Shown piece after piece: positions 54,544-63,554 of a stretch of DNA of 64,000 nt (within the stretch, counting starts at the first letter, position 1; each line of letters opens with the position of its first letter). The notes below the pieces were generated by a model. It was not told where the DNA came from. It saw nothing but the letters and a program-made list of their open reading frames with translations, and did no database searches. The position numbers and the translations under genes are program-made. This DNA comes from Bigelowiella natans CCMP2755 (Eukaryota; Protista; Cercozoa), in contig ADNK01003452.1 of NCBI GenBank assembly GCA_000320545.1, positions 1-64,000 on the forward strand, in the 5' to 3' direction.

Positions 54544-56422
54544 AGGGAAACACACCGCTAAAGACTGCAGAGACAGGAAAGAAGGACGACCCAGGATGAC
54601 GATCAGGCAGCTCAACGAACACTACGAGAAGTTAAAGAGAAAGAAAGGCAGAGGACAAGGATATAACAACAGCAAATGGCAAGGCAGCAACAACGGGAAG
54701 AACAATAAATATAAGAACAAAAAGCAGAACAGTATCAATGCTATACAGCAGCAGATAAACGGAATATTAGATCACCTTAAGCAGGCGCCGACGAAGACAG
54801 CAGTACCAGCAACGCAGGACCAAGACAAGCCCATGACCCTAGACGACATAAAGAACTTAGGAGTATGCAACATTAATGACGAAGACGCTAACAGGACTAT
54901 CAAAGTTGCTATGACCAAGGTTAAAGTTAAAGACAGCTACGGAGACTACAAGAAACTACCTGCCCTTTGGGATAGTGGCAGCATGCCGAAGTCCTTCATA
55001 AGCCTAAGCACAGTAAGAAGGTTAGGACTATTGGATCAAGTGACTAAGAAAGAACGTAAATATGCTCAAGCAGACGGAAGCTCTTCCATGAAGACCGTCG
55101 GTGAGCTAATGCTAAAGCTACAGATACCTGGCAGCGACGCGGAGACCCAAATCAAGACCCGAGTAGCCATGACTTTATCCATGGAACTACTCCTCGGACA
55201 GGATGCCCTAGAAAAATTAGGGGGGATCATATCATTCTACAATCACAAGATATACTTTGCTAAGTTGCCAAAGAAGTCAGGCAGGACCATCAGCCAGAAC
55301 ATGATACGGCTTGACGAGTGGACCTCTGAGTCAAGCGTTAATGCGTTAGAGTTTATGGACCTAGCGGACAACAAGCTACCTACACCTACCGAGCTACGGA
55401 AGAAGAACCCCGGCAAGACCATCCGACAGATAACGGAGCTACTGGACAAGACCCCCCCAGCTGATGATTGGGATATCGACAAAGGCAAAAAGTACATTAA
55501 TAAAATATTAAACGAGAAGTACTCTGACATCACCAAGCCGACGACGAAGCCCTCCAGCAAGCTTACCCCAGTAAAGATCGAGCTAAAGAAGGGATACGAA
55601 GAGTGCATCATCAATGACCCAAAACATAGGCGACCGGAAGCGGACTGGGAAAAGATAGAGTGGCAGATCAATGAATGGGCAAAGGAAGGGAAGATAGAGC
55701 CAAGCAACTCACCATGGAACGTGAGACATGTGCTAGCTAAGAAACCTACTTACCCTTTCTTCCGCCTGGCGCACAACTTCATCCGCCACAACCGAGTAAT
55801 AAAGAGGATCCAGACACCTACACCAAGGATAGATGACGTTATTGAACACGTCATAGGATACAAATACTACTCTTCCCTAGATAAAAATGAATCATACATG
55901 CAGACACCCATCCACAAAACCTCCCGCCCCATTACCGCGTTCTCCAGCAGGCACAGGAAGTGGCACTTCGTCGTATTCCCTTACGGCCTAAGCATATCAG
56001 GGGATGCGTTCAGTAGTCAGAACTACAGGGCATACACACATGATGGGATGGCGTCTGTGTTGTGGGTGTTTGTGTTTGTGTATGTGGATGATGACATAAT
56101 ATGTACCAACACAGTCGTCGCTCAGATCTTCCTCCTGGAAAATATATTTATTAGGTTTGCACACTTCGGTTTTACTATTAGACTGCAGAAGTGTACATTC
56201 CTAGCTACAAGAATCAAGTGGTGTGGATATTACCTGGAGCAAGGCCGCATCACCCCAAACCCCGAGAAAGTAGCAGCACTACAGCAAGCCCCTAAACCTA
56301 AGAATGCAAAGGAGTTAAAGCATTCTTGCAGACTGCAGCTTGGATACTACGTAGGTTCTCCCCTACCTACGCTAGGACTGCAGCTGCTTTTACTACTGCT
56401 TACCGGAAGGAGAACTCTGTAG
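54467..56422 (+). CDS. pol: Gag zinc knuckle + aspartic protease + reverse transcriptase
   Basis: CGYCSRKGKHTAKDC (CX2CX5HX4C), ALWDSGS...LLLGQDAL (protease), IEPSNSPWN, SLDKNESYMQ, FPYGL, YVDD, LQKCTF (RT). The frame is lost at ~56317-56320. Confidence 0.93.
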   Translation: MRQGGGGRTLGVYSATLPRCGYCSRKGKHTAKDCRDRKEGRPRMTIRQLNEHYEKLKRKKGRGQGYNNSKWQGSNNGKNNKYKNKKQNSINAIQQQINGILDHLKQAPTKTAVPATQDQDKPMTLDDIKNLGVCNINDEDANRTIKVAMTKVKVKDSYGDYKKLPALWDSGSMPKSFISLSTVRRLGLLDQVTKKERKYAQADGSSSMKTVGELMLKLQIPGSDAETQIKTRVAMTLSMELLLGQDALEKLGGIISFYNHKIYFAKLPKKSGRTISQNMIRLDEWTSESSVNALEFMDLADNKLPTPTELRKKNPGKTIRQITELLDKTPPADDWDIDKGKKYINKILNEKYSDITKPTTKPSSKLTPVKIELKKGYEECIINDPKHRRPEADWEKIEWQINEWAKEGKIEPSNSPWNVRHVLAKKPTYPFFRLAHNFIRHNRVIKRIQTPTPRIDDVIEHVIGYKYYSSLDKNESYMQTPIHKTSRPITAFSSRHRKWHFVVFPYGLSISGDAFSSQNYRAYTHDGMASVLWVFVFVYVDDDIICTNTVVAQIFLLENIFIRFAHFGFTIRLQKCTFLATRIKWCGYYLEQGRITPNPEKVAALQQAPKPKNAKELKHSCRLQLGYYVGSPLPTLGLQLLLLLLTGRRTL

Positions 56423-58389
56423 GCCTCAGCTTCGCTAAGGTGTGGGCCAAGGCTGGCCTTGATGCCCACTTCGATAACCTAATAAAGTTATGCAGCAACA
56501 CCCTATTGAATGCTAAGCTAGACACTACTAGACCAGCTACCCTATGGACAGACTGGTCTAAGCTAGGTATGGCTGCTGTACTTACCCAAGACCAGCAGAT
56601 CATACGGGTGTGGGGCAGGGCCTGCACAGCAGCTGAGGCCAAGTACAGCCCTACAAAAGGAGAGTATAAAGCCATGACTGAGGCGCAGAGGAAACTAAGA
56701 CACTACCTGCTGTCGGTGCCCAGCTTCACCTTAATGACTGACCACAAGCCCCTCCTAGGCATCGACCGCAAGCTCGAAGCGCCTAACGATGAGTATGCAG
56801 CTATGAGGGCGGACACGGAAGAGTTTAGGGACAAGAGGACAGTGGTCTACGCACCAGGAGACAAGCAGCTTGCTGACTATTTCAGCAGGCTGTTCGAAAA
56901 GAAAGTCCCTACCCAGGTCACCCCTATGGTTAACGCGATTACCTTCGAGGACGGCGACTTCCTGCCTGAGCCAGAGGAGCTCCAGCACCTTCAAGAACAC
57001 CTGGATAAATACAAACACAAGCATGAGGTACTTAGTGATAGGATATATGTATACACTAATAATGTTAGGCGTACCTACGTGCCACGGCGGACCAGGGGAG
57101 CCCTTCTCTTTACCGCCCATGGACCTGCACACGTAGGAGAAAACCATATCACTGCTCTACTCTACCATTACTACTGGCCCTACAAGCTAAAAGAGATAAG
57201 GACATACCTGCGTGGCTGCAGGTGCTCCAGCTTGAAGGCGGCAGGTGTCGCCACCAAGGAGTCCAGCAAGAGCCGTGCATCTAAGAAAATCAAAGCAAGG
57301 AACTTCTTAGATATCGTGCAAATTGATGTTTATAAGTACGATGGCTATCACTACCTTACCTTCGTTGATGTGGCCACTGGAAAGTGCTGGGTTAAAAAGA
57401 TTATCAAGGTCAACGTTGCTAAGAAGAACAAAGGCTTATATAAGCAGAGGCTTACTAACTGCTACCGTACCTGGGAGTCTGAGCTCCAGGCTATCCCTGA
57501 TGAAGTTAGCATAAACAAGATACCAAAGAAGTTACATGTGGATAATGAGACCTCTCTTCTACAGCTACCACACCCTAATATTGATGCCTCACCTGTATAC
57601 TATGCCCAGTCCAACTCCAAGGTAGAGCGACTCCACCGCACCTTGGCCAACCTAAGCAGGATAAATAGCACCACACCAGACAAGATACAAGGGTTAGTAA
57701 ACGACACCTTCACGTCTGGGGGAGGTATCAAGGATAAGGAGAGGGAAGAAGGCGACGACAACGACGACGATACCGAGAGCGAAGACGAGAAGGTCCCGTA
57801 CGATGGCCGAGTTCTAAAGGAAGGACAGTATGTTAGGGCCAAGGTAAATCTGAGATCGAGAAATAAACAAGACCCCTTCTGGGGTGGCGTTGCAAAGGTT
57901 ACCGAGAGGAAGGGGAGGAAGCAGTACTACATCTATGATGGGAACAGGGTCACCTTGCGCCACATCAGTCACCTAAAGAATTATGATATCGGTGAGAAGC
58001 TCCTAGAGGATGTTAAAGTAAACCCTACTGTGTGGGAGCGAGCCATGCCTTGTTTAGGACCCCGACCTAAGTTCGATGTGGAATATGGAAACAATAAGGT
58101 CAGGGTGAACGACGATTGGCGCATGAAGATTGTCTATCTAGGCTACCCTGGATTACGAAATATGGAGAGGGTAGCTATGAAAATAAAGGACGGAAAATAT
58201 CAGCTACTCTACCTAGCTGTTCCCGACTTACCCTTTGAGCACTGGTATAAGGTCCTGGGGGACCTTGATGCAGAGGGCTGGTATGGACACGAACCTAAGG
58301 ACGAAGGTGAGTTCTGGGTAAGCGACAAAGGAGATAAGGTTAGAGAGGAATCTATTACCTGGTGGTTGGTGAAGTTCCGAAAGCGATGA
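56326..58389 (+). CDS. pol: RT thumb/RNase H + integrase + GPY/F-like module + C-terminal MTase-like extension
   Basis: LWTDWS...YSPTKGEY...MTDHKPL...LADYFSR (RNase H); HGPAH...CRC zinc-binding motif; IDV / VDNE / KVER (DDE); KQDPFWGG...RHISHLK (GPY/F-SH3-like); about 135 additional aa before the stop. Confidence 0.93.
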   Translation: MQTAAWILRRFSPTYARTAAAFTTAYRKENSVGLSFAKVWAKAGLDAHFDNLIKLCSNTLLNAKLDTTRPATLWTDWSKLGMAAVLTQDQQIIRVWGRACTAAEAKYSPTKGEYKAMTEAQRKLRHYLLSVPSFTLMTDHKPLLGIDRKLEAPNDEYAAMRADTEEFRDKRTVVYAPGDKQLADYFSRLFEKKVPTQVTPMVNAITFEDGDFLPEPEELQHLQEHLDKYKHKHEVLSDRIYVYTNNVRRTYVPRRTRGALLFTAHGPAHVGENHITALLYHYYWPYKLKEIRTYLRGCRCSSLKAAGVATKESSKSRASKKIKARNFLDIVQIDVYKYDGYHYLTFVDVATGKCWVKKIIKVNVAKKNKGLYKQRLTNCYRTWESELQAIPDEVSINKIPKKLHVDNETSLLQLPHPNIDASPVYYAQSNSKVERLHRTLANLSRINSTTPDKIQGLVNDTFTSGGGIKDKEREEGDDNDDDTESEDEKVPYDGRVLKEGQYVRAKVNLRSRNKQDPFWGGVAKVTERKGRKQYYIYDGNRVTLRHISHLKNYDIGEKLLEDVKVNPTVWERAMPCLGPRPKFDVEYGNNKVRVNDDWRMKIVYLGYPGLRNMERVAMKIKDGKYQLLYLAVPDLPFEHWYKVLGDLDAEGWYGHEPKDEGEFWVSDKGDKVREESITWWLVKFRKR

Positions 58390-58396
58390 AGGTCTA

Positions 58397-58440
58397 AGGG
58401 AATAAGGAAGGAAGGAAGGAGCAACGTGACTTGGGGGAGG
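58397..58440 (+). promoter_or_regulatory. Polypurine tract
   Basis: GGGGGAGG (58433-58440) abuts the 3' LTR and is preceded by purine-rich AAGGGAATAAGGAAGGAAGGAAGGAG. Confidence 0.85.
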
Positions 58441-58766
58441 TGTAGCGCGTACCACTACGCGGGCACAAGTCACGTGCGACAACAAAGGGGTTGTCGCGGA
58501 TATAGAATATAGATAACGTAGATATTAATACAGCATAGGCACGTGGGTTCCGGCGGGACTCATGGCAGCACACCGGAAGTGTGCTGCCCCACGTGCGGCG
58601 GCATTCGCGAAAGCTTCGCGAATGATTACGCAGTGCACGATTTAATAAAAATATAATCTTTAATAAAAATAAACACAACTCTTCAAAAGGAAGCAAACGT
58701 GCCTTTCCCCCCCCCTGCCTACTTGTGCACGTAGCGCCTCGGCCTGTGAACACCTTACGCGCAACA
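58441..58766 (+). repeat. 3' LTR (326 bp)
   Basis: Identical to 53573-53898, including the 9-C run. Confidence 0.97.
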
Positions 58767-59270
58767 AGCACGCACACGCACGCACTGTCTAGCTGTGTCT
58801 GTGAACGACTTTGAGTGCGTGCGCATGCCAGCATGGAACGTGCCAACTCATCTGTTGTTGAAAGAACAAGTGAATGAATGAACGAACCAATTCCAATGCT
58901 TGAGTTGACAGGATCATCATCAGACGCACCAAGTCGTCGTCCATGTCCCCTGACAAAAACAACCAAAGATCGAGGGTTTGGCGTTCAAAAAATGCATCCC
59001 AATTGTTGTGTGCGTCAACGAATCGAACGAAAAAGTCGTTCACATTCATCAAACGACAGCAGTTCGCATGTGTCGTCACAGCAAATCACGTGCCTTTTCC
59101 TTCATTTTTTCAAACGTATTTTTAGCACTCTGCTGCTCTCCTCATCGCTACTCGCATGCAGGAACCCACCTCCACGTGTCATCGATCATAGCCACCTTCC
59201 ACATTTGCAATTGAAGACGACGTTGCAGCCCCTCGAAAGACACACAGAGAGCCCAGCACACTTGGATACG
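58767..59270. other. TpA-depleted island 4, right part
   Basis: 58767-59110: a single TpA, within CTAG. Confidence 0.85.
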
Positions 59271-60134
59271 TAGGACATTCCTTTCATTTTAGTGAGGAAA
59301 CGAGCAAGTCTGCAGAGCAGAAATCTGGAAAGCAGAAAGGCGTACTCGTCTTTCTTCACGGTATGGATGGTGCATTAATATTTGAATGTTGTTATCATCA
59401 TGACCGGAATGTTTTTTTACAAAACATGGCTACATAGGCAGTGGAGACAATGGTCCAAACTTTCAGAAATGGGTCTACATGGCCTCCAAAGGGAAGTAAT
59501 GTAGCCTCTAAAAACCACATCATTGTGAATCATTTCGCTTGCGTACACTTTAGTGATTTCCCTTTGGAAAGGCTGTCAAATATTCTATCCCATAAGTTTG
59601 TCACCCATAATCTTGTTGGATTAGATTTGAAAGCACGCTCGCTAACAATGGCATAGCTGTTGTGTATCCTTCTGCAAAATGTATTCCTTATACTCTCGCA
59701 GGTCAAGTTCAATGTTATACAACATTGCTCCTTATCTGTCCTGTCTTCCTCCTTTATAGCAATCAATGACATATCTGTAGATCCTTTTGCAGAATATTTT
59801 GTGTTGTGGGTTATTCCAAAATATTTTATCGTTCCTCTAATTGCAGCCGGGATGAAGATGTCAGTATGGCATGATAGGTAGTAGTAGAGTTTGCAAATAG
59901 CACGCACTAGTCTTGATAAATTGTGATGGTGGTGAACAAATGATTTCAATCATGATATCTATAGCGGTTGATTGTGTTCATCCTCATCATCGCCATCATC
60001 ACTTAGAACGGGTTTGGGACCGAAGTTTCCAGAAGATACAGAAGGCATACGCAATTCTCTAGAAAGTCTCGACAAGAACATTCTGAATCCCCTAGCAACC
60101 AAAGGTACTACTCCCCAATATACCACACGCACAC

Positions 60135-60185
<51 letters not shown>

Positions 60186-60845
60186 ATCCATATGTGTGTG
60201 TGTGTGTGTGTGTGTGTTGTCTGTTTTCTTTATCGGTACCTTACATGCTGCTAATAGAAGTAGTATTTGCTACCAACACATTCTTGGATTGCTCATTCAC
60301 CTTGTCTTTATAAGTAATTAATAACTCATATTTGAAGAATTACCGGTTGTGGTCGGTGGATTCTCACAAGGTTAGTATTATGCATATTTCAATTTTTTTT
60401 GCATCTTTCAGTAAAAGAAATCTAAGCTAAAATTGAATTCCCTACTTTGGCAATACATTCTTCTTATACCCATTTTACTATAAGGTGGTCATATGGCAAT
60501 GCACGTTGCTCTCAACGATTGTTCCAACAGCAACTATAATAGCACCGGTAGTTGTAGTAAAAAGGACAACAACAGTAGCACCAGCAGCAGCAAGTTGGAA
60601 AGCGGCAACCCTAGAAAGAATATCCAATCCTGGTATGTCTGGGGTTCTAAATAATCTACGCCACAGTGCACACATGTGATACTTAAATGGTGAGATGATG
60701 ATGATGATCAGAAGCTGCAAATGTTTTCCTACTACTTCCTAGCATTAAAGGTTGTTTCGTCATGTCATCGTACCTCCACGACGACTCAAACATCTACAAA
60801 ATCTTCTCAAACGAAAACATATTGCCAGGTCTCTCTCTCTTTATT

Positions 60846-60884
<39 letters not shown>

Positions 60885-61440
60885 TAATGGTGACTTGATG
60901 AGGCCTGCTGTAAAGGGATGGGTATCTTCTGTGGTCGATCCTTTACTACTACTACTAAATAATGTGGATAGATAATAATGTCTTTTGTGCTCGATCCTTT
61001 ACTACTACTACTAAATAATGTGGATAGATAATGTCTTCTGTGGTCGATCCTTTACTACTAAATGATGTGTATACGATACCCCCTTTGCACATTAAGACGC
61101 TACTGCTGCTACTACTGCAGCTCAAGTTGTATTGACATCATCATTGTCATCATCATCATCGTCATCATCATTATCGTCGTCTTATTACATCTCTACTGGT
61201 CTACCATACTTACACAGAAGTCAAGCTTCCACTTCTAATGACACATGGAACGGTATAACATAGAAGTGTTCGTATAATATCGATGAAGGCAAGAACGGAT
61301 TTATAGAATAAAGGAAGAGGGAGGATAATATATTTAGATCTGTGAAGCTCGTTATTTTCACGAGCACAGAAATTCTACGGAATGAAATTGAGGATTTGGT
61401 TTCTCCGCATTGTTCATTTTTGGAAATATCTAACAATTCA
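58789..61440 (-). CDS. Possible multi-exon gene of unknown function whose 3' exons enter island 4
   Basis: AG/GT-bounded segments LFRTPDIPGLDILSR, YAIVSERAFKSNPTRLWVTNLWDRIFDSLSKG, and NDFFVRFVDAHNNWDAFFERQTLDLWLFLSGDMDDDL|GT. The model is incomplete. Confidence 0.35.
60925..61072. repeat. Imperfect tandem repeat, ~53-56 bp unit x ~2.7
   Basis: TCTT(C/T)TGTG(G/C)TCGATCCTTT(ACT)nAAAT(A/G)ATGTG occurs three times head-to-tail. Confidence 0.85.
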
Positions 61441-61746
61441 GCGTGATAGGATGATTTCGAGCAAATGGGGTGAAAAAACGGCGAAGAAACTCAAGGATGT
61501 TGGGTAGTAGTAATTGCACCTCCTCTGTTTTTTATTTTGTTTATAAAAACATCGATATCGACTTTCATTGATACCTCATATAATAAAGACCCCTATGTTA
61601 TTTTTAGGTTGGACGTGCGATTTAAATTAATTGATGGTATAACCTCCATCCAACTCGTAGAATAACGAGAACAATCTTTGAAATGGGATAGCCATTTATG
61701 TAACAGTCGAAATTGTTTACCTACAAGGGAATAAAACGTTTTCTGT

Positions 61747-61790
<44 letters not shown>

Positions 61791-61919
61791 GTGTGTGTGT
61801 GTGTTCTGAACAACATCACGACATGTCATCGACGATTGTCCGATGACCGTATCTTTTCTACTCAACGTAAGAGGGCGAGGGAGAAGGAGGGAAGTGTCCA
61901 CTTTTCACATTTCTCTCGT

Positions 61920-63360
61920 GCTTCATTGTTTGGTGTTGCAGGCACGGAGCATGCTTTGTGCCCGAGTTCCCTTGATGAAGTGCTCAATTTCGTATTAGAT
62001 TCGTTCAGTATGTGATTGCTCAGCTTGTCACTCTAGCACTGCTAGACTGCAACGTGCGGACAACCAAATGCCCATCATCTTCTGCTAGTTCAGCTGGTTC
62101 AGCACGCCTAGCATCATGACTGACCGCATGTTCGCAATGGGTTCATCTGCACCTAGCATCACCAGATCATGATGGACTGCATTGCCAACACCATGATCAT
62201 GCTGGCAACCAGCATCACACATTGATTGCACGTTTTCAACTCTTTCAAGACATTGCCTTTCCCACAACGTGCTGGCATGGAAAATCAAAGCAGCGCGCAT
62301 AGCCTTCGGCACGTGTCAAACAATGATGATCTCGTGCCTGCTGGCCTGGCTAGCCAGCTAGCTGGCCACAGCAGCCACACCGCACGTTGCGTTGAATTGC
62401 GAAAGGTCGAACGTGCTGAACAAAGCTGTGAGTGCGATGTTTTTGCAATGACAATCACCAAATCAGCGCGCACACTCTGGCACTGCTGGACTGGTGCACG
62501 TCTGGCACGCACCATCAAGCTGGACCACACGACAACTTTGAGCACAAGGAAGTTTTGCCAGTTTGTGCAGACTCTCAATTGGCAAGAACTGGAGAAGGAT
62601 CGAAAACTGGAAAAGGTTGCACGCTGCGACTCCAAGTGAAGCCCCTTCTCGCGCACCACAAGCCGTTCCAGCGTTGTGTCCACCACACACCACCAGACCG
62701 CCACACTCCGTGGCACTTGGGTGTCGCAGTTTGGAGAGCACCTGCAGAGGTGTGGAGGTGCTGGCATGGCTCCAAGGCTCCTCGTTCGCGTCAGAGTGAC
62801 ACGTGGCACTCTGAAGGGGACAAATCACTGTCAACAAGACCGTTCGAAACCTTGCAATGCAGCACGTGCACCAGCGCAGCACCAGTTGCTCTTGGCTTGC
62901 ACTTTGTTCGTTCGTTCTTTTGGTCAATTGCTCACTCGCTTGGCTTTTTCCCAACTCCCAAAAAGCTCCAGGTTCAAGAAAGGTTCAACAAGGTTCGTGT
63001 CCACATTGAAGTTCCAACGGGCACTAGCATCACAACCAACTCGATGCACCTCCACTGGATTGGAAAGCGTGCTAGCGGTGCAGCATGCAGGTGAGTGAAA
63101 ACAGGTCGAGGGTCCTCCATCGCTGTGTCTGAAATCCTGTTCAAGTTGATTCAGTTGCTGCCACTTGAACGACGAAATTGAGATGATGAGGTTGGTTGTG
63201 GCAGCAGACATTTGATGCACACCACTGGGCAACCGACAACTCTAAGACATTTCAGACTCAAAGACAATCTTTGTGTGCTATGCAAGGCAACTTCGTCACT
63301 GTCAAGTCGCATGTCTGAAATGCAATGTCAAAATTCATGGAATCTCATGCACATCACATC
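61920..63360. other. TpA-depleted island 5 (overlaps exons)
   Basis: 62041-63240: 9 TpA, 8 of them in CTAG. Zero TpA in 62361-63024 (664 bp). Confidence 0.9.
62513..63163 (-). pseudogene. Two in-phase exons of a host gene or pseudogene with no Tyr and excess Cys/His
   Basis: Exon ~63163-62936 (…FGSWEKAKR|GTGAG), intron 62935-62811 (…TTCAG), exon 62810-62513 (SATCHSDANEEPW…VVQLD|GTGCGT). The gene probably extends past the right edge of the window. Confidence 0.55.
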
Positions 63361-63510
63361 CCAAAATATTTTTCGGCATATTACCAAAGCTGAAGAAGAG
63401 AGCAACGAGAGAGAATGAGAAAAAAGAGAGAGAAAGAGGAAAAAGAGGGACATATATAAGTACATGTACATGTATATACACACATACACACAAATACATG
63501 TACGTACACA

Positions 63511-63554
<44 letters not shown>

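Larger units (their letters stand above)
53573..58766 (+). mobile_element. Ty3/Gypsy (Metaviridae) LTR retrotransposon, 5194 bp, very recent insertion, probably defective
   Basis: Two identical 326-bp TG...CA LTRs and a 4-bp TSD AGCA (53569-53572 / 58767-58770). PBS and PPT are present. Domain order is gag-PR-RT-RNaseH-integrase. Confidence 0.97.

Noticed and set aside
57985-58389. Chromodomain at the integrase C-terminus
   Set aside because: Too long, and lacks the Y.VE.I / YLVKW.G / TWE pattern.
53573-58766. DIRS or Copia classification of the retroelement
   Set aside because: Direct LTRs, a TSD, a protease and a DDE integrase downstream of RNase H define Ty3/Gypsy. No tyrosine recombinase is present.
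60925-61072. CRISPR-like array
   Set aside because: Head-to-tail tandem units with no unique spacers, in a eukaryotic gene context, with no cas genes.
62226-63232. Many overlapping long ORFs in the islands (also 52.7-53.9 kb) as real genes
   Set aside because: Loss of TpA removes TAA/TAG stops in all six frames. Only the minus-strand spliced frame looks protein-like.
61920-63360. Classical RIP or 5mCpG-deamination as the cause of the TG/CA-rich islands
   Set aside because: CpG remains abundant (GCGCGC, CACG, TCGCG) and TpA is lost rather than gained, opposite to both processes.
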